Origin: Lama guanicoe
Lineage: Eukaryota
Length of the DNA: 64,000 nucleotides
Assembly (NCBI GenBank): GCA_013239625.1
Contig: MU053652.1
Location: forward strand, 2,234,001-2,298,000
Direction of reading: 5' to 3'
Positions 12,661 to 24,479 of the stretch are shown piece after piece; the stretch's first letter is position 1; each line of letters opens with the position of its first letter. A model generated the notes under the pieces. It ran no database searches, had not been told where the DNA came from, and was given only the letters and a program-made list of their open reading frames with translations. Both the position numbers and the translations under genes were made by a program.

Positions 12661-13998
12661 TGCCACACATTTTTCTTAAAGTGAATGTTTATTAAGTATT
12701 CACTCTCTGAATGCTTAAATTTACAATTTGAACACAATATTGGTTTAATGTCTAAGAAGTACGATATATACCTTCTGCAACCCATTCTATTCCCAGACCA
12801 GACAGAGCTGTCCCCTGATCAGCCCAGCCTCCTTCAGAGCCATGGGCCTGTGATCTCCCCTCCCACTGGACCAGCTCTCTTCCCAGTTTCTCCTTCTGCC
12901 TCCCATCCTATCAGTTAGCTCATTTCAATTACTCCTGGAGACCCAGAGCAGGAAGGAGTCAAAGCAAGACTTCTTTTTTATCAACTAGTGAATAATAATG
13001 AGTTAGAGATATAGCATGATGAACACCAAGATAGATCAACTGGGATCTTGCTCACGTTATTTTGACCAAAACAAACAAACACTTCTACCCACCCCAGCCA
13101 CGAGTGGATTCTGAATACCCGGCTCAAAGGTGCTGACCTAAGAGAAAATAAGCAACAACACAGGAACAGATTTCCATCACTAGCAGCATAACTCAGAGAA
13201 TGAGCCCCATTGTTGCTGGAAGAAAACACGGTAGGCAGTTACTGAACACTTGGAATTAGGGAATGGGATGCATTGGGCCCTTCTCCTTAGATTTCTGCCC
13301 TGGCCCACCATGGGAGACTTTAACCTCTCCCCACAAGAGGAGCAGTGCCAGTCAGCTGGGTCACAGTCTGAGACCCCTACAGTGTCCAGTCCTCTGGACT
13401 CTGAACCAGGCAGTGAGGATTTATAAATATGTTCCCTATTCCACCTGGGAATAGGTAAAGTTGGGTGGGCCAGCTGGTTGGCTAAGACCACAGGCTCTGA
13501 GTTAAATGTCTTACAGGCATTACACTTCGTCCACAAAATGGAAACTAGTCACTGTTTCTCAAGTACCAGAGTGTAAAGGAAACTTTTTACCACCACCCTC
13601 CACTGTCCAGCTCCTGAAAGCTCTCCCCTGCCACCTCAACTGCTGTTCCCATCTTTCTGTCCCTCACTCCTACTGTCCGTCACTCCTAGAGACCTGGGAG
13701 CAAATTTAAACTGTTCACCACTTTTTGGCACCCATCTGTTTGGGAATCGCTGTCCTGAATAAATGTAACTATTTAGTCTGACCCCAATGCTGTCATTTAG
13801 GAGTGCTCGGTCCTAAGACAAAGCAAAGCCCAGGAAGGACAGGGACCTCCTAGAAACTGTATGAGACAGTCCCCTCTGCACCATTCTGTTGTTGTGCACT
13901 GGGTGCCTTGTGTAACAGGCTGCTTTGTCATTTTTCATAGCTCTGCATATACGCTGTCTTTCATCTTATTGAGACATTTTTAAAAGGTCCGTGCCCTT

Positions 13999-14374
13999 GA
14001 AATATTATTCAGCCCTAAAAAGGAAGGGAATTCTGGATCCTGCTATAACACAGATGAATCTTGAAGACATTATGCTAAGTTGAAATGAGCCAGACACGGA
14101 AAGACAGGCACTGTACAATTCCACTTATGTGAAGTATCTACAGTAGTTGGATTCATAGAAACAGAGTGTAGAACGGCAGTTGCCAAGGGCTGTGGGAGGG
14201 AGAAGTGGGGAGTTGTTGTTTAATGTGTATGAAGTTTCAGTTTTGCAAGATGAAAAATTTCTGTAAGACTGGTTGTACAACAATGTGAATGTACTTAGCA
14301 CTACTATACTATGTACTTTAAAATGGTTAAGATGGTAAATTTTATGTTACATATATTTTACAATTTTTTAAAAA
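13999..14374 (+). mobile_element. L1MB-type 3' end
   Basis: 'gaaatattattcagccctaaaaagg...gaagacattatgctaagt...aaaatggttaagatggtaaattttatgtt'. Confidence 0.9.
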
Positions 14375-14811
14375 GCGTACATGCCATCTATTTCTTTTGT
14401 AGGTTCCTCAGCAACGCCTAACACGATGCACACAAATGGTACCCATTCTTCATCAAAGCATTTTTATCATTCATTGCAGACATTTCTACTGCCATTATCT
14501 TATATAGTATAATTTAATCCTCACAGTAACCTGTAAGTATTTTAGCCCAATAAATATATATGGAAAGGGAAGTTCATCGACATTATATGATTTTCCCAAA
14601 GCTAACTGGAAGCAAAACAAGGGGAACCCACATCTCCAACTCCAAATGAGCATTATTTCCACAGAGGTACCTTAGTTGCTTTATTGACCTGGAGATCCAG
14701 AACTGAACTCCTCAGGCTCAGACTCCCAGGCAGTGTTCCCGAAGCTCCTCCAACATCAACAGCTGAGGATACATATTCATATGTGAACCAAGGCTTGGGA
14801 AGGGACTGCTA

Positions 14812-14852
14812 GTGCATGTGTGCGTGCGTGTGTGCGTGCATGTGTATATGTG
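14812..14852. repeat. Imperfect (GT/GC)n alternating purine-pyrimidine repeat
   Basis: gtgcatgtgtgcgtgcgtgtgtgcgtgcatgtgtatatgtg. Confidence 0.85.
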
Positions 14853-14986
14853 AATATTGCCAGAAAAGAAAATGACCACTTCATGTGCAGGGAGGGAAAA
14901 CCTGCAAAATCTCAAATCTCAAAGAAAGTGCAATAGTTCTCAAATACAGGCGCGACCCAGCTGGAGGAGATGCGGCCTCAGAATCG

Positions 14987-15001
14987 GTTGCCATGGGCAA
15001 C
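14987..15001. promoter_or_regulatory. RFX X-box motif
   Basis: GTTGCCATGGGCAAC has both ideal GTTGCC/GGCAAC half-sites and lies in non-repeat DNA with locally retained CpGs. Binding is not shown. Confidence 0.6.
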
Positions 15002-17584
15002 ATAACACAATTCAATCCGTGTCCTTGGCATATACGTGGCTTGCTGTCCTCAGGCCTCACAGCCTGAAGTAGCTGAGCAAGTACCACAGACACGGTGAGA
15101 GGGGACAGTTCTTCCTCAAGGAGCCCTTTTAGCTTCAGGATGGAGACAACTCTGAAGGTAAAGCCCTCAAGCAGAGTCCCCTCTAAGAAAGCAGAGGGGA
15201 GAGATTGGAAGGCAAAAGAGAAAGGTGGATGTGGGCCAACAGATCATGCTCCAGTGGGCTGGAGTGTGTGAGGCTCTGAAAACTGGTGGGAGGATTCTTC
15301 TAAGGCAGACAGTTCTGATGGAAGCCCCGAGTTCCTGTTGCTGACACAAGGTCACACAGTTGTGCTTCAGGGGCTTAGGCAGGAAATTCCAGATTTTTTC
15401 ATGAATGACCTGTATTTCAGCACCTTAGTTTCCTCTAAACACCCAGGATGACTCACTGCCCCCGTCCTTCTCCTGAGCTCTTTCCTCCCCATCTTCCCCG
15501 ACCTGACTGTCTCCCTTGTCTGCTTCCCTGATCTCCTATACCCTGGGAGGAAACCATGGAGGTGAACTGGAGAGAGGCAAGGAGACAGGCCCCAGGAGAT
15601 AACAGAAGAACAAGGTTCCTGTCCTGGAATCTTCTAGGCCTTCTCAGAGCCTGCCTTATGTCAGAAAAAGTAGAGTGAAACCTTGAAGTTTTCAATTTCC
15701 AATAAAACCCACTGTCTTCATATCCCTTTGCACATCCTCTCCTCTCTCACGCAACTGCTAAACATACAAAATTAGGAAAATGTAAGAAAATAACAAAGTG
15801 GGACTATTTCAATCAACAAGCAAATCTCTTTGAAGTCCCTAGGTCCACCTGGGAGGTACTTACACTAAGCTCTGGTAGACAGGGTTGATGCACAGGAAAT
15901 ATATCTTGTCCTGGTAATCGTGTTACTAATGAGTTGTGTGGGTCAGGATCCAACCAGTGACCTCAGGTAAGTCACGTCACCTCTTTGAACCTCAGTTTCC
16001 CCGTAAGGGCGAGCAGAAGCCTGGCTGGTGAGATCCGTGGTCCTTTGTGTTCAGGTGAGGGCCGTGCATGAAGGCCCGCCTCACTGCAGGCAGACACACC
16101 AGGGGCTGTAACTTGTTCCTCCTGTTTCATTGTCCTTTATTAAGGAGACCCCAGCTGAACCCTCAAAAATGGCTTTTTAATGGCTGTTATTCCATCCAGA
16201 GCAGAATGAGGAGGAGGGGGCCTTCGGCTACATCATAAAGGGCCACCCCAAGCAACACCAAGCCGCCTGCAACCCTACCGAGATGTCTGAGGCTAGTCTG
16301 CAGGCGGTCATGGCAAAGCAGGTCAACCAGCTGGTCATTTCTGTTCATCTGTCAAATAAGACAAGTCATGTTACCATGTTAGACTGTTTTCTAGACAACA
16401 GAGGTATCAGGGTCCCTCACCCCTCAGGATGGAAGGGATGTTCCTGTGTTATTTAATCTCCCCTCCTCCATGCATCTAGCTTCTTTACGAGTAGAATGGC
16501 TTGAGAACTATAGGCCTCAGGCTCTGTACCTGGTGGCATGCTAGGCAATGATCTAGAAGAAAAGATACCAGTTTTTCACTTCACTACAAACTGGTACTAC
16601 AAACAATAAAGGCAGCTAATACTTTTATGGCCTTTACTTGTACCAGCTTTCTTCCATCTTTCTTTTTACATATTAAACATGTAATCCTCATTCCATCCTA
16701 AATGATGACCGTCCATTTCAGAGGTGAGGAAACTACTCAAGAATATTTACCTTACTGATTTTCAGAGAGGCATCTATGATCAAGAAGCCCGTGAGGAGTT
16801 CCAAGCTCCTTGCTGGGTGCAAATGCTGATATATTTGAGGGGAGATCGTGGGGGTGCCAAGGCAGGGTTAATCCTGAGCCCCTCCTGCATGCTGTGTTGG
16901 CCAAAGCTAGCCCGTCCCACCCAGGGGTTCCAGGACCGCAGTGCTCACTGGAATACAGGTTTAAGGACATCTGTGCATCTTGTGGTGGAACCAGCCTAAA
17001 TCACCCTGGAGTAAGGGCTAACTCCCTCTGAAGACTCTGCTTCTAGGTCTGCACACCGCCCACATGAGCACAATTCTTCCTGCAGCTGAACTGGAAGCCA
17101 GCTCTTTGAGTTTCCATTGTCCTGTGCTCATCAAGCTAGAGCAGCCGGCTACCACGCATCGGGCAGCAGCGTATTCCACATCCAAGGAGGGTCATGACAG
17201 CTCCTGGCCTATTGGCCCGTGGGTTGGCCAAGGTTGCAGGGTCAAAGGGGTGGTTGGGCAGCCCGGGCAGTCACCATGAATCCAAAGGAAGAAGAAGAGT
17301 TGTATTTCTAGCCCCAAAGCCCAAGGTATGTGGACAGCACAGTGTCAGAGACCAAGGGATTAATGCAGCCTCTGAACACAGCAAGATGGGGTTCTTAGCT
17401 GGAGATGCATTGACAGCAGCGTGAGGGCTTCTGTTGCTGGTTTCTTTCTTTCTTTTTTTTTTAAGCTATAGCACCAATAGCCTGCTGTCCCAACCCCTCC
17501 TGCCTAGCTGGCGGGCTGGCCAGTCCTGGGAATTGAAAGGGACTTGCTGGGAGACAACTGTGCCAGCATGATCAGGCCCCTTGG

Positions 17585-18328
17585 GAACACAGGTTTCCAA
17601 ACTTACTAGGACATTTTAAAAATCACCCTTGTGTTTGTTTAAATGTGCACTGCCAGATTCCCGTGCTCAGAGATCAGAATTCAGTAGGTCTGGATCAGGG
17701 CCAAGGAATTTGCATGTTAACAAACATTCCAGGTGATTCTGATGCAGGGAGTCTGCAGGCTCTAGAGGCAGCCTGTTGAGTGAAGCAGAGCTCTCTCGCT
17801 CCTCAAACGTGACCAGGGCACAAGCAGCAACTGCATCATGGATTCAAAAGCCCTGGCACCACTCCAGACCTACTGAACCCATAGCTACATTCCAGCGTGA
17901 TCTCCGGGTAATCCGTAGGCACATTGCTGTTTGGGAAGCCCAGCTCTGGAGCAGCGGTTCGCAAACTAGCATGAATCAGAATCACCTGGAGGGCCTGTGA
18001 GACTGCAGATTGCTGGGCCCCACCCCCATGGTTTCTGACTCAGAAGGTCTGGGGTGGAGCGTGATAATTTGCATTCTTCCCAGTTTCCCAGGGGATGCTG
18101 ATGGCACAGAGATTGCACTCTGAAAAGCACTGCCCTAGTCTAGAACAGTTGTTCTCAGCCTTGCTGCACACTGTCGTCATCTGGAGACCTTTAAAAGCTG
18201 CCGCTGCCTGGGTCCCATCCCCAGAAGCTCTGGTTTAATAGGACTGAGGCCCAACTTGGGCATCTGGACGTTTAGAAGCTTCCCTGGTCCTTTAATTTGC
18301 AGACAACGTTGAGAACCATTGTTCTGGA
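17585..18328. mobile_element. Cluster of four MER5-family (MER5A, MER5A1, MER5A, MER5B-like) hAT elements
   Basis: Successive copies at about 17585-17765, 17790-17948, 17953-18135 and 18147-18325. Motifs include 'ttcagtaggtctgg', 'ccagacctactgaa', 'atcagaatcacctggagggc' and 'gttgagaaccattg'. Confidence 0.8.
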
Positions 18329-18649
18329 GTCAGACAACCTGGATACAAATTCCAGCTCTACCACTAACCAGCTGGCTGGCCCAAGAAAACTTAGGTAGCC
18401 TCTGCCACTGCCCAAAGCCCCCCACTCAGTGGTCTGCCAGGAAAAGAGCTTCGTTACTCTGCCCAGGAACCAAGTGGATGCGGATGGCATGGAGATTTAA
18501 TATATAGGCTCCAAAGGGTACCAAAGAAGATGTCAGTGGGTGACTGTTTCTCCATGTCTGGTTCATACATATCTGGTGCCCTGCCTTCTACTTGTCTATC
18601 CACTGTTTCTCTCGCTGTATTTGAACTCTGCACATCATGAAAAGTGACT

Positions 18650-18890
18650 CTTGATTGAGTGCTCACCATGTGGCCAGTGCCTTAAGTACACCATCTCATT
18701 TAATTTAGTCTTTACAACAGCCTCAGAGGGTTGATACTATCATGCCCATTTTCCTGGAGAGGAAATCGAGGCTCAAAGAGGTCAAGTGACTTGCCCAAGC
18801 CAACAAGTCTAGACGGTGGAGAGTCAAAATGTGAATTTCAGACAGTTAGCCTCTAGGGTTGCCTCTGAGGACCATTTAGTACACTGCCTC
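18650..18890 (-). mobile_element. MIR SINE
   Basis: 'cccattttcctggagaggaaatcgaggctcaaagaggtcaagtgacttgcccaag'. Confidence 0.85.
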
Positions 18891-20040
18891 CCTCCCCAGT
18901 GGGACTGCTGCTTCTCCATCTAGAAGCTTCTGCAAAGGAGTGGGCCAAGGAGGTAGAGGTCACCCCCAAGGACACATCCTCTCCTCCCAGGTGAACCTGG
19001 TGTTTTGAGCACCACCAGCCTGCTTGAGACTTGAGGAATAATAAATAAATTTTCTGATATGAGTTCTACTCATTCTTGAGCTTGAAATGAATTCTTAGTT
19101 GTCTCTTGTGGGAGCCAATTTCGGTCTCAAAATGCGGTTGGCAAGCAAGACAAGAACAAGACAGAAATGAACCAATAAAATCAAGAGCAGGGATTAATTA
19201 AGGCCCTGGGTTGCCATAGAACAGGGACAAAGGAAAGATGCTAATAGCGCTTCTTCCAAGAAAGACTCATTGGATTTTTTTTATATATAAGTTTCTGGAG
19301 AAATAATTTAATTTTGACACCATCTCCACAAATCAACTGGGCTTATCTTTCTCCCATGGAGAGAAGAGATTGCCCTTTTTCTGGCCAGAGGGGAATCTCA
19401 TTTCCCCTCTTCTTATCATTTATTAGAAATCAAAATATTGTTTCAAATGGATGTGTTTAATGTTTCAGACTATATAATGTGTCCAGCACAAAAGGGCAAC
19501 ATGGTTAGGCAACATAGCGGCAAGAGATGAAAAGGGTTCCTGAATCACACGACCAGAGATTTCTCTCCAATCTGTCTATCCTCGTTCTGTGAGGCTTGGC
19601 TTGTTGGCCATCTCCTCGTTCTTGAACTTCCTTAATCCTGCAAATGGAGAAAAGTAACATAAGGATTTCCCCGCCCTGCTCTACAGTATAGACGTGGCCC
19701 CACAACACTGATTTTCTTAACGTTAATGACATAAAGCAAATTTCCAACGATTCCAAATGATTTTGGTCGTATAGAAACTAAGATATGTCCCACTGAAAAG
19801 TCCAACCCGTCAAATAGGTTGAAAATTCTTACAACAAAAACTTATGACCTTGGTCACAGCTATTAGCAATACGGTCCCAATGAGTGGCTTATTTTTCCTT
19901 TGTGGCCTTTTCTGTATCCTAGAGGTCCCCTTGGTCATTGGCTGCCACCTTCCCTACCTCCTTATTATCTAGAGCTCTGATGGCACATCTAAACTCAGCT
20001 CCCCTGTTTGTTCCTTCCCAGTATTAATACTGCCTGATGG

Positions 20041-20480
20041 AGCCAGCCTCCAGTATTGTGCTTTACGGTAGCTACCGCCAGTGAGCACCGGATGAACCCC
20101 AGACTCTGAGCTAAGTGAAATGTCATTCCGCTACGTTAGCAACGTGGCAGATTTTTAAACTCAGTGCGTAGAGTTTACGTCTAACGAGCAACACCTCCAC
20201 TAACCCGCAGGACAGGATCCGCATGAGAAATAGTGACAAAGCAGCTAACTCAATTACCAGGCATTCCTAGAGTGTGAAGTGCGATGTGAATGCTAAGTGA
20301 TAATGTGATGGTTTCATCTGAAAGATGCGCGTGTCACCCAGGAGCGTCCGTAAGTCGGTAACATCGTTTGCAGTAAGTCATCGTTAATTAACGCTAAATT
20401 ACTAGGCCCTGCCTGGGGAAGCCGCGTATTAAACTGACATCAGGATGTGAAGAGTTCATTACGGTTAACGTTATGAGAAC
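20041..20480. promoter_or_regulatory. CpG-retaining, non-GC-rich element (candidate germline-hypomethylated promoter core)
   Basis: About 24 CpGs counted by eye in 440 bp at roughly 47% GC (observed/expected near 1). Repeated TAACG/CGTTA motifs and several palindromes. No repeat similarity recognised. Confidence 0.55.
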
Positions 20481-21354
20481 ACAAACTGAAGGACTTAATG
20501 GTGGATTAGAAGGTGTTTATGTCCAAACACCTCAATGCGGGTTGCACAGCTGCCACACACTAGCAAAGATACTGGCTTGTTGCTACGGGGGAGCAGGGGA
20601 GACTTGGAAACTTGAGAAGAGGCTGTCCCAGCATGGGTAACGGGGTAGTCAAAGCGCTGAAAAGAAACAGGAGAGGGAGAGACCTCACCCACCCTTCTCC
20701 CCATCCGTTCTCTTTCACACCATTTCCACCAGAGCAGAACACGATGGAAGCAGTGAGCAAAGAGACAAAAGGGGCAGCTGTCACCTAGGGCAAGTGTCCC
20801 CTGGGGAACAAGATAGGCATGAGTGTCAGGTAAAGGTAGGAAGGCTCTGCAGGCGATTCAGTTTCACCACCCCACATGCCTACCCGCCTCCCCTGACCCA
20901 CCTACTCACACAGTGAGTGGTCTTGTTGTGTTTAGATACAGCTGAAAATATTAAAGCAAAATGACCCTAACGTGACTGTGTGAGGCATAGGATTAGACCT
21001 AATATAATCACTAATCTATAGATACATTATCATAAAATAAAGTGAAAGAGTGTACAATACACCAATATCGATTCTCCACACTTCAGAAGCTGTAAGATGG
21101 ACGACAAGAAAAAGAGTTCCTGATCCACTCAGCGACACTGCACACTGTGGCTGCAGCCTCGGGGTCCTCCCTTTAATCCCCTAAAGTGAAAGGACCTAGC
21201 CGCAAGTACAATTTATTCCCAAGTCTCTTTCTTCAACCATAGTAAGTGCTTATTAAAAAAAAAAAAAGAAAAAAGAGGCTCATGTCTTTTGCTACTAACA
21301 AAACAGCATAAAGACAAAAATTGCAAAGCCTCTGCGTGAGATCTATTGTTTTGC

Positions 21355-21650
21355 ATGCATTCATTCACTCAACCGGATTGGCTGGGCACTGTGCTAGCTT
21401 TCAAGATACAAAAAGGAGAGAGACAAAAGGCTTGCCCTCAAGGCACTCGCATGCTAGAAGGACACAGTCAAGGGCACAGGTCAGCAAACAGTGACGAGAC
21501 AAAGGAGGAGACGGGGGATTGACAGGTTGTGCAGAACAGGTAGGAGCTGAAGAGGCGAGGAACGTGGCTGGGGATGACCTCTCAGAGAAGGATACCTGTA
21601 GGCTGAGGATCCCATGGGGAGTCAAGGCTAAGGCCACTGCAAATAAAGAG
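21355..21650 (-). mobile_element. L2 3' fragment
   Basis: 'cattcattcactcaac...gggcactgtgctag...ttgccctcaaggcactc...gacctctcagagaagg'. Confidence 0.65.
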
Positions 21651-21729
21651 AACAATCTAGGTGGAGGTACAAAGATACAAATCCTTCTAGACCCTGGGGG
21701 AGGAAGCCCTTTCTACCAACAGAAGTGAC

Positions 21730-22100
21730 AGGACTGGGTGGACACCAGGCTAGGTGTCCTCTTCTAGGATCATCAGACTAAAGGAACTGCCTGCCCGGAA
21801 TCTGATAACTCAAGTGTCAAGGCTGCTATTTGGAGGCACGGACCCAGAGACACAAGCAGAGAAACGAGTAGTCTCCAGAGAGAAGCAGCAGTAGGAAATA
21901 AGTGTACAGAGAAGGGGAGCCCCAGGAAACCGTGTGATCCCAAAGCAAGAAAGAGAGAGAGAGAAACTGATGGCTTCCCCAGACCCAGGTCTCGACCTCC
22001 GTGAAGTTTAGCCATTGTTATGGGTCTTGAGCTCTATGAAACACTCTCAATTCCTCTGAATAGAGTCCCTTTAATTTAAGACTGCTGGAGCAGGATTCTG
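21730..22100 (+). mobile_element. ERVL LTR (LTR16-like) fragment
   Basis: GA-rich middle and a 3' end 'gaatagagtccctttaatttaagactgctggagcaggattctg' resembling the LTR16 group. Confidence 0.45.
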
Positions 22101-23629
22101 GACAGGGCTCACGTGAACAAGAGACGCAGGCTATCCTCCCCCTGGTCTACAGCGCCCGCTACCAGGACGATCGCAGACCCACTCATGTCAGTCGTCATCA
22201 CCAGAAGGAAGTCAGGGGACTGTGGGCAAAGAGATTGGATTAGGGATAAGGCCTTCACACCTACTCATCAGCTTTTTATAAAGATAAAATCTCTGAAGCA
22301 CTTGCAATTCCTCTGAAGAAAGACGTGAGATAAATACAAGGGCCTGTTAACAAAAAAGGGTTTTTCTTCTTTATTATAAAGCTATCCGAAAGGAACTGCT
22401 TTTCCAAGGCACAAGGGAGCTGCAGTCCTATCTCAACAGGTAACCTTGAAAATCAGACACAATAGCTGTCCTCTTTGCTCAATTCTTTCCCCCTGTACCC
22501 ACCATCCCTCCAAAAGCACACTTATCCATTAATAGCCTTTTTCCTGTAATGAGATGAATAACACCTCCTCCTCTGCAGACAGAGCAATCCTGGCTGCTGG
22601 CTGGGCTGGACCCTGCCCCGTCGTCAGCTCAGCACCCATCGCTGCCTGTCCCAGGCTGCTGCTGAGTGGCAGAGCAAGTGAGATTTCTCACCTATTTCTC
22701 CGCAAGGACCAGCCTCCTGAGCTAAAGTTTACCTTAAGCTTAAGGCATTCTGCTTTCGAAAGAACAAAGGATAAGTCCCTCCTGTGTTGCATGATTTCTT
22801 CAGAATTCTTTCTGTGGGGAACAGGATGTTTGCGTCAACAAAACTGTACTTAAATATTTCAAATGTATATTGTCATTGGAATGCAACCTGTGGACCTACA
22901 GATGACACTGACGAAGAAGGAAACATCTGGCACAAGGCAGATGAGGGTGCCTAAGAGGAAGGCGTTAGATATGTGGGCTTCTTAGACGCTGAGGCCAAAG
23001 TTCGGGGATGGCGGAGGATGGAGACCTGGACTGAAGAGCCCAGCAAGCGTGTTCTCGCTACTCCAGGATGATCAGGGAAAACTCCACCCTGGGGGCAGCA
23101 GCAGTAAGAAACTGAGAGTATGTTTCTCAGGACATATTCTCTGACCGTGGGCTTACTCTCCAGTAGGAGAACTTCCTAATAGATCTGTGGAATCTGTTGG
23201 GAAATAATACAGGATTTTGAGGAGTCTTAAAACTATTTCACAGGGAGGGCTGGGATGCCCTCCTTGTGAAATTGTTTCAGGAAGAGGCTGGACCTCTTGA
23301 ACACTCTAAGACCTCTGAGCCTAATCATGCCTGCAGTGAGACTCTGAGATGCCACAGTTTTCCAAGTCTGACTTCTCATCCCAGGGATATTCCAGAAGAC
23401 TGAGGCTTCTCCTCTGGTCCACACCAGCCATACAGGGCATCAGCCATAGGGGCTTGGCATCCACAGGCACGTACTCAGATCCATTGTCATTTGGAGTTGA
23501 AAAGGACACTTGGATTCTTCAAATGCAACCCTCTACCCATCCTAGATACTACAGCACAGGTTGAAACATCTGGCTGTCACCGTGGTTCTCTACAATGGAG
23601 TCCTCCAGGTTTGCATTTTATACATTTAG

Positions 23630-23787
23630 GTTGTCGCCGTTAGAACCTAACTTCTGCACAGCTGGCCACGTGGGAGACATGGACCTGCTGCACTTGAACG
23701 TGCCCACCATAGCAGCGGAGGCTTGGCCTAGACAGGTTCTCCAGAATAGCTCCTTGGGTCACATCACCTCTTCCAATTTGTTTTGAG
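23630..23787 (+). other. Candidate spliced exon (158 nt; stops in all three frames)
   Basis: Acceptor 'tttgcattttatacatttAG' and strong donor 'GAG|GTGAGT' in non-repeat DNA with several CpGs. Confidence 0.4.
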
Positions 23788-23839
23788 GTGAGTCTGGGTT
23801 CTGGGCTTTAAAAACAGCATTATTTAAGAGTCCACATCT

Positions 23840-24396
23840 ATATTTGTTACCTATTATTATGCCAAATTAGCCCCAAACTTAGTGGCTTAAAACAGTATCT
23901 CACAGTTTGTGTGGGGAAAGAATCCAGGCATGACTTTGCTGAATGTTTCTGCCTCAAGGTGTCTCACAGGCCACAGTGAAGGTGTCTTCAGGGCTGTGGC
24001 ATCTCCAGGCTCAGCCAGGGAGAATCCCCAGCTTCCCAGGTTAACTCATGTAGTTGTTGGCAAGACTCATTCCCTCAAAACTGTTGGACCGAGGCCTCAG
24101 TTTCTTGTCACCTGCTGGCCAGAGGCTTCCCCTAGTTTCTTGCCACAGGGCCTCACTGCAGGGCCACTTACAACATAGCATCATTTCCATCACAGCAAGC
24201 AAACGAAAGCCTCAGAGAAGACACAGGAGATGGAAACCAAGCCTCTGGTTGGTAATCTAACTCAGAAGTGGCAGCCCATTAGCTGCGATGGAGGCAGTGA
24301 ATCCCCAAGTCCCCCCAGACTCAAGGAGGGGGGATTCACAAGGCCATGAAGGAGACAGAGATCATTATGGGGCCACCATAGAGACGGCCGACCACG
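23840..24396 (-). mobile_element. MaLR solo LTR (MLT1E/F-like)
   Basis: 'ccccaaacttagtggcttaaaaca...tctcacagtt...ctcatgtagttgttggcaag...gactcaaggagggggg...ggggccacc'. Confidence 0.85.
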
Positions 24397-24479
24397 GACT
24401 ACCTTACATCATACCTTCTCCATTTACATGTCTCTGTTAGGGGGAGTGGCCAAAAAAAAGAGAAAAAAATACCTTTGAC

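Noticed and set aside
20041..20480. Foreign (viral or bacterial) insertion explaining the lack of CpG depletion
   Set aside because: No ORF of 60 aa or more, no TSD or sharp junctions, and CpG tapers into the flanks. Germline hypomethylation is more parsimonious, though a BLASTN/BLASTX search is needed to exclude this fully.
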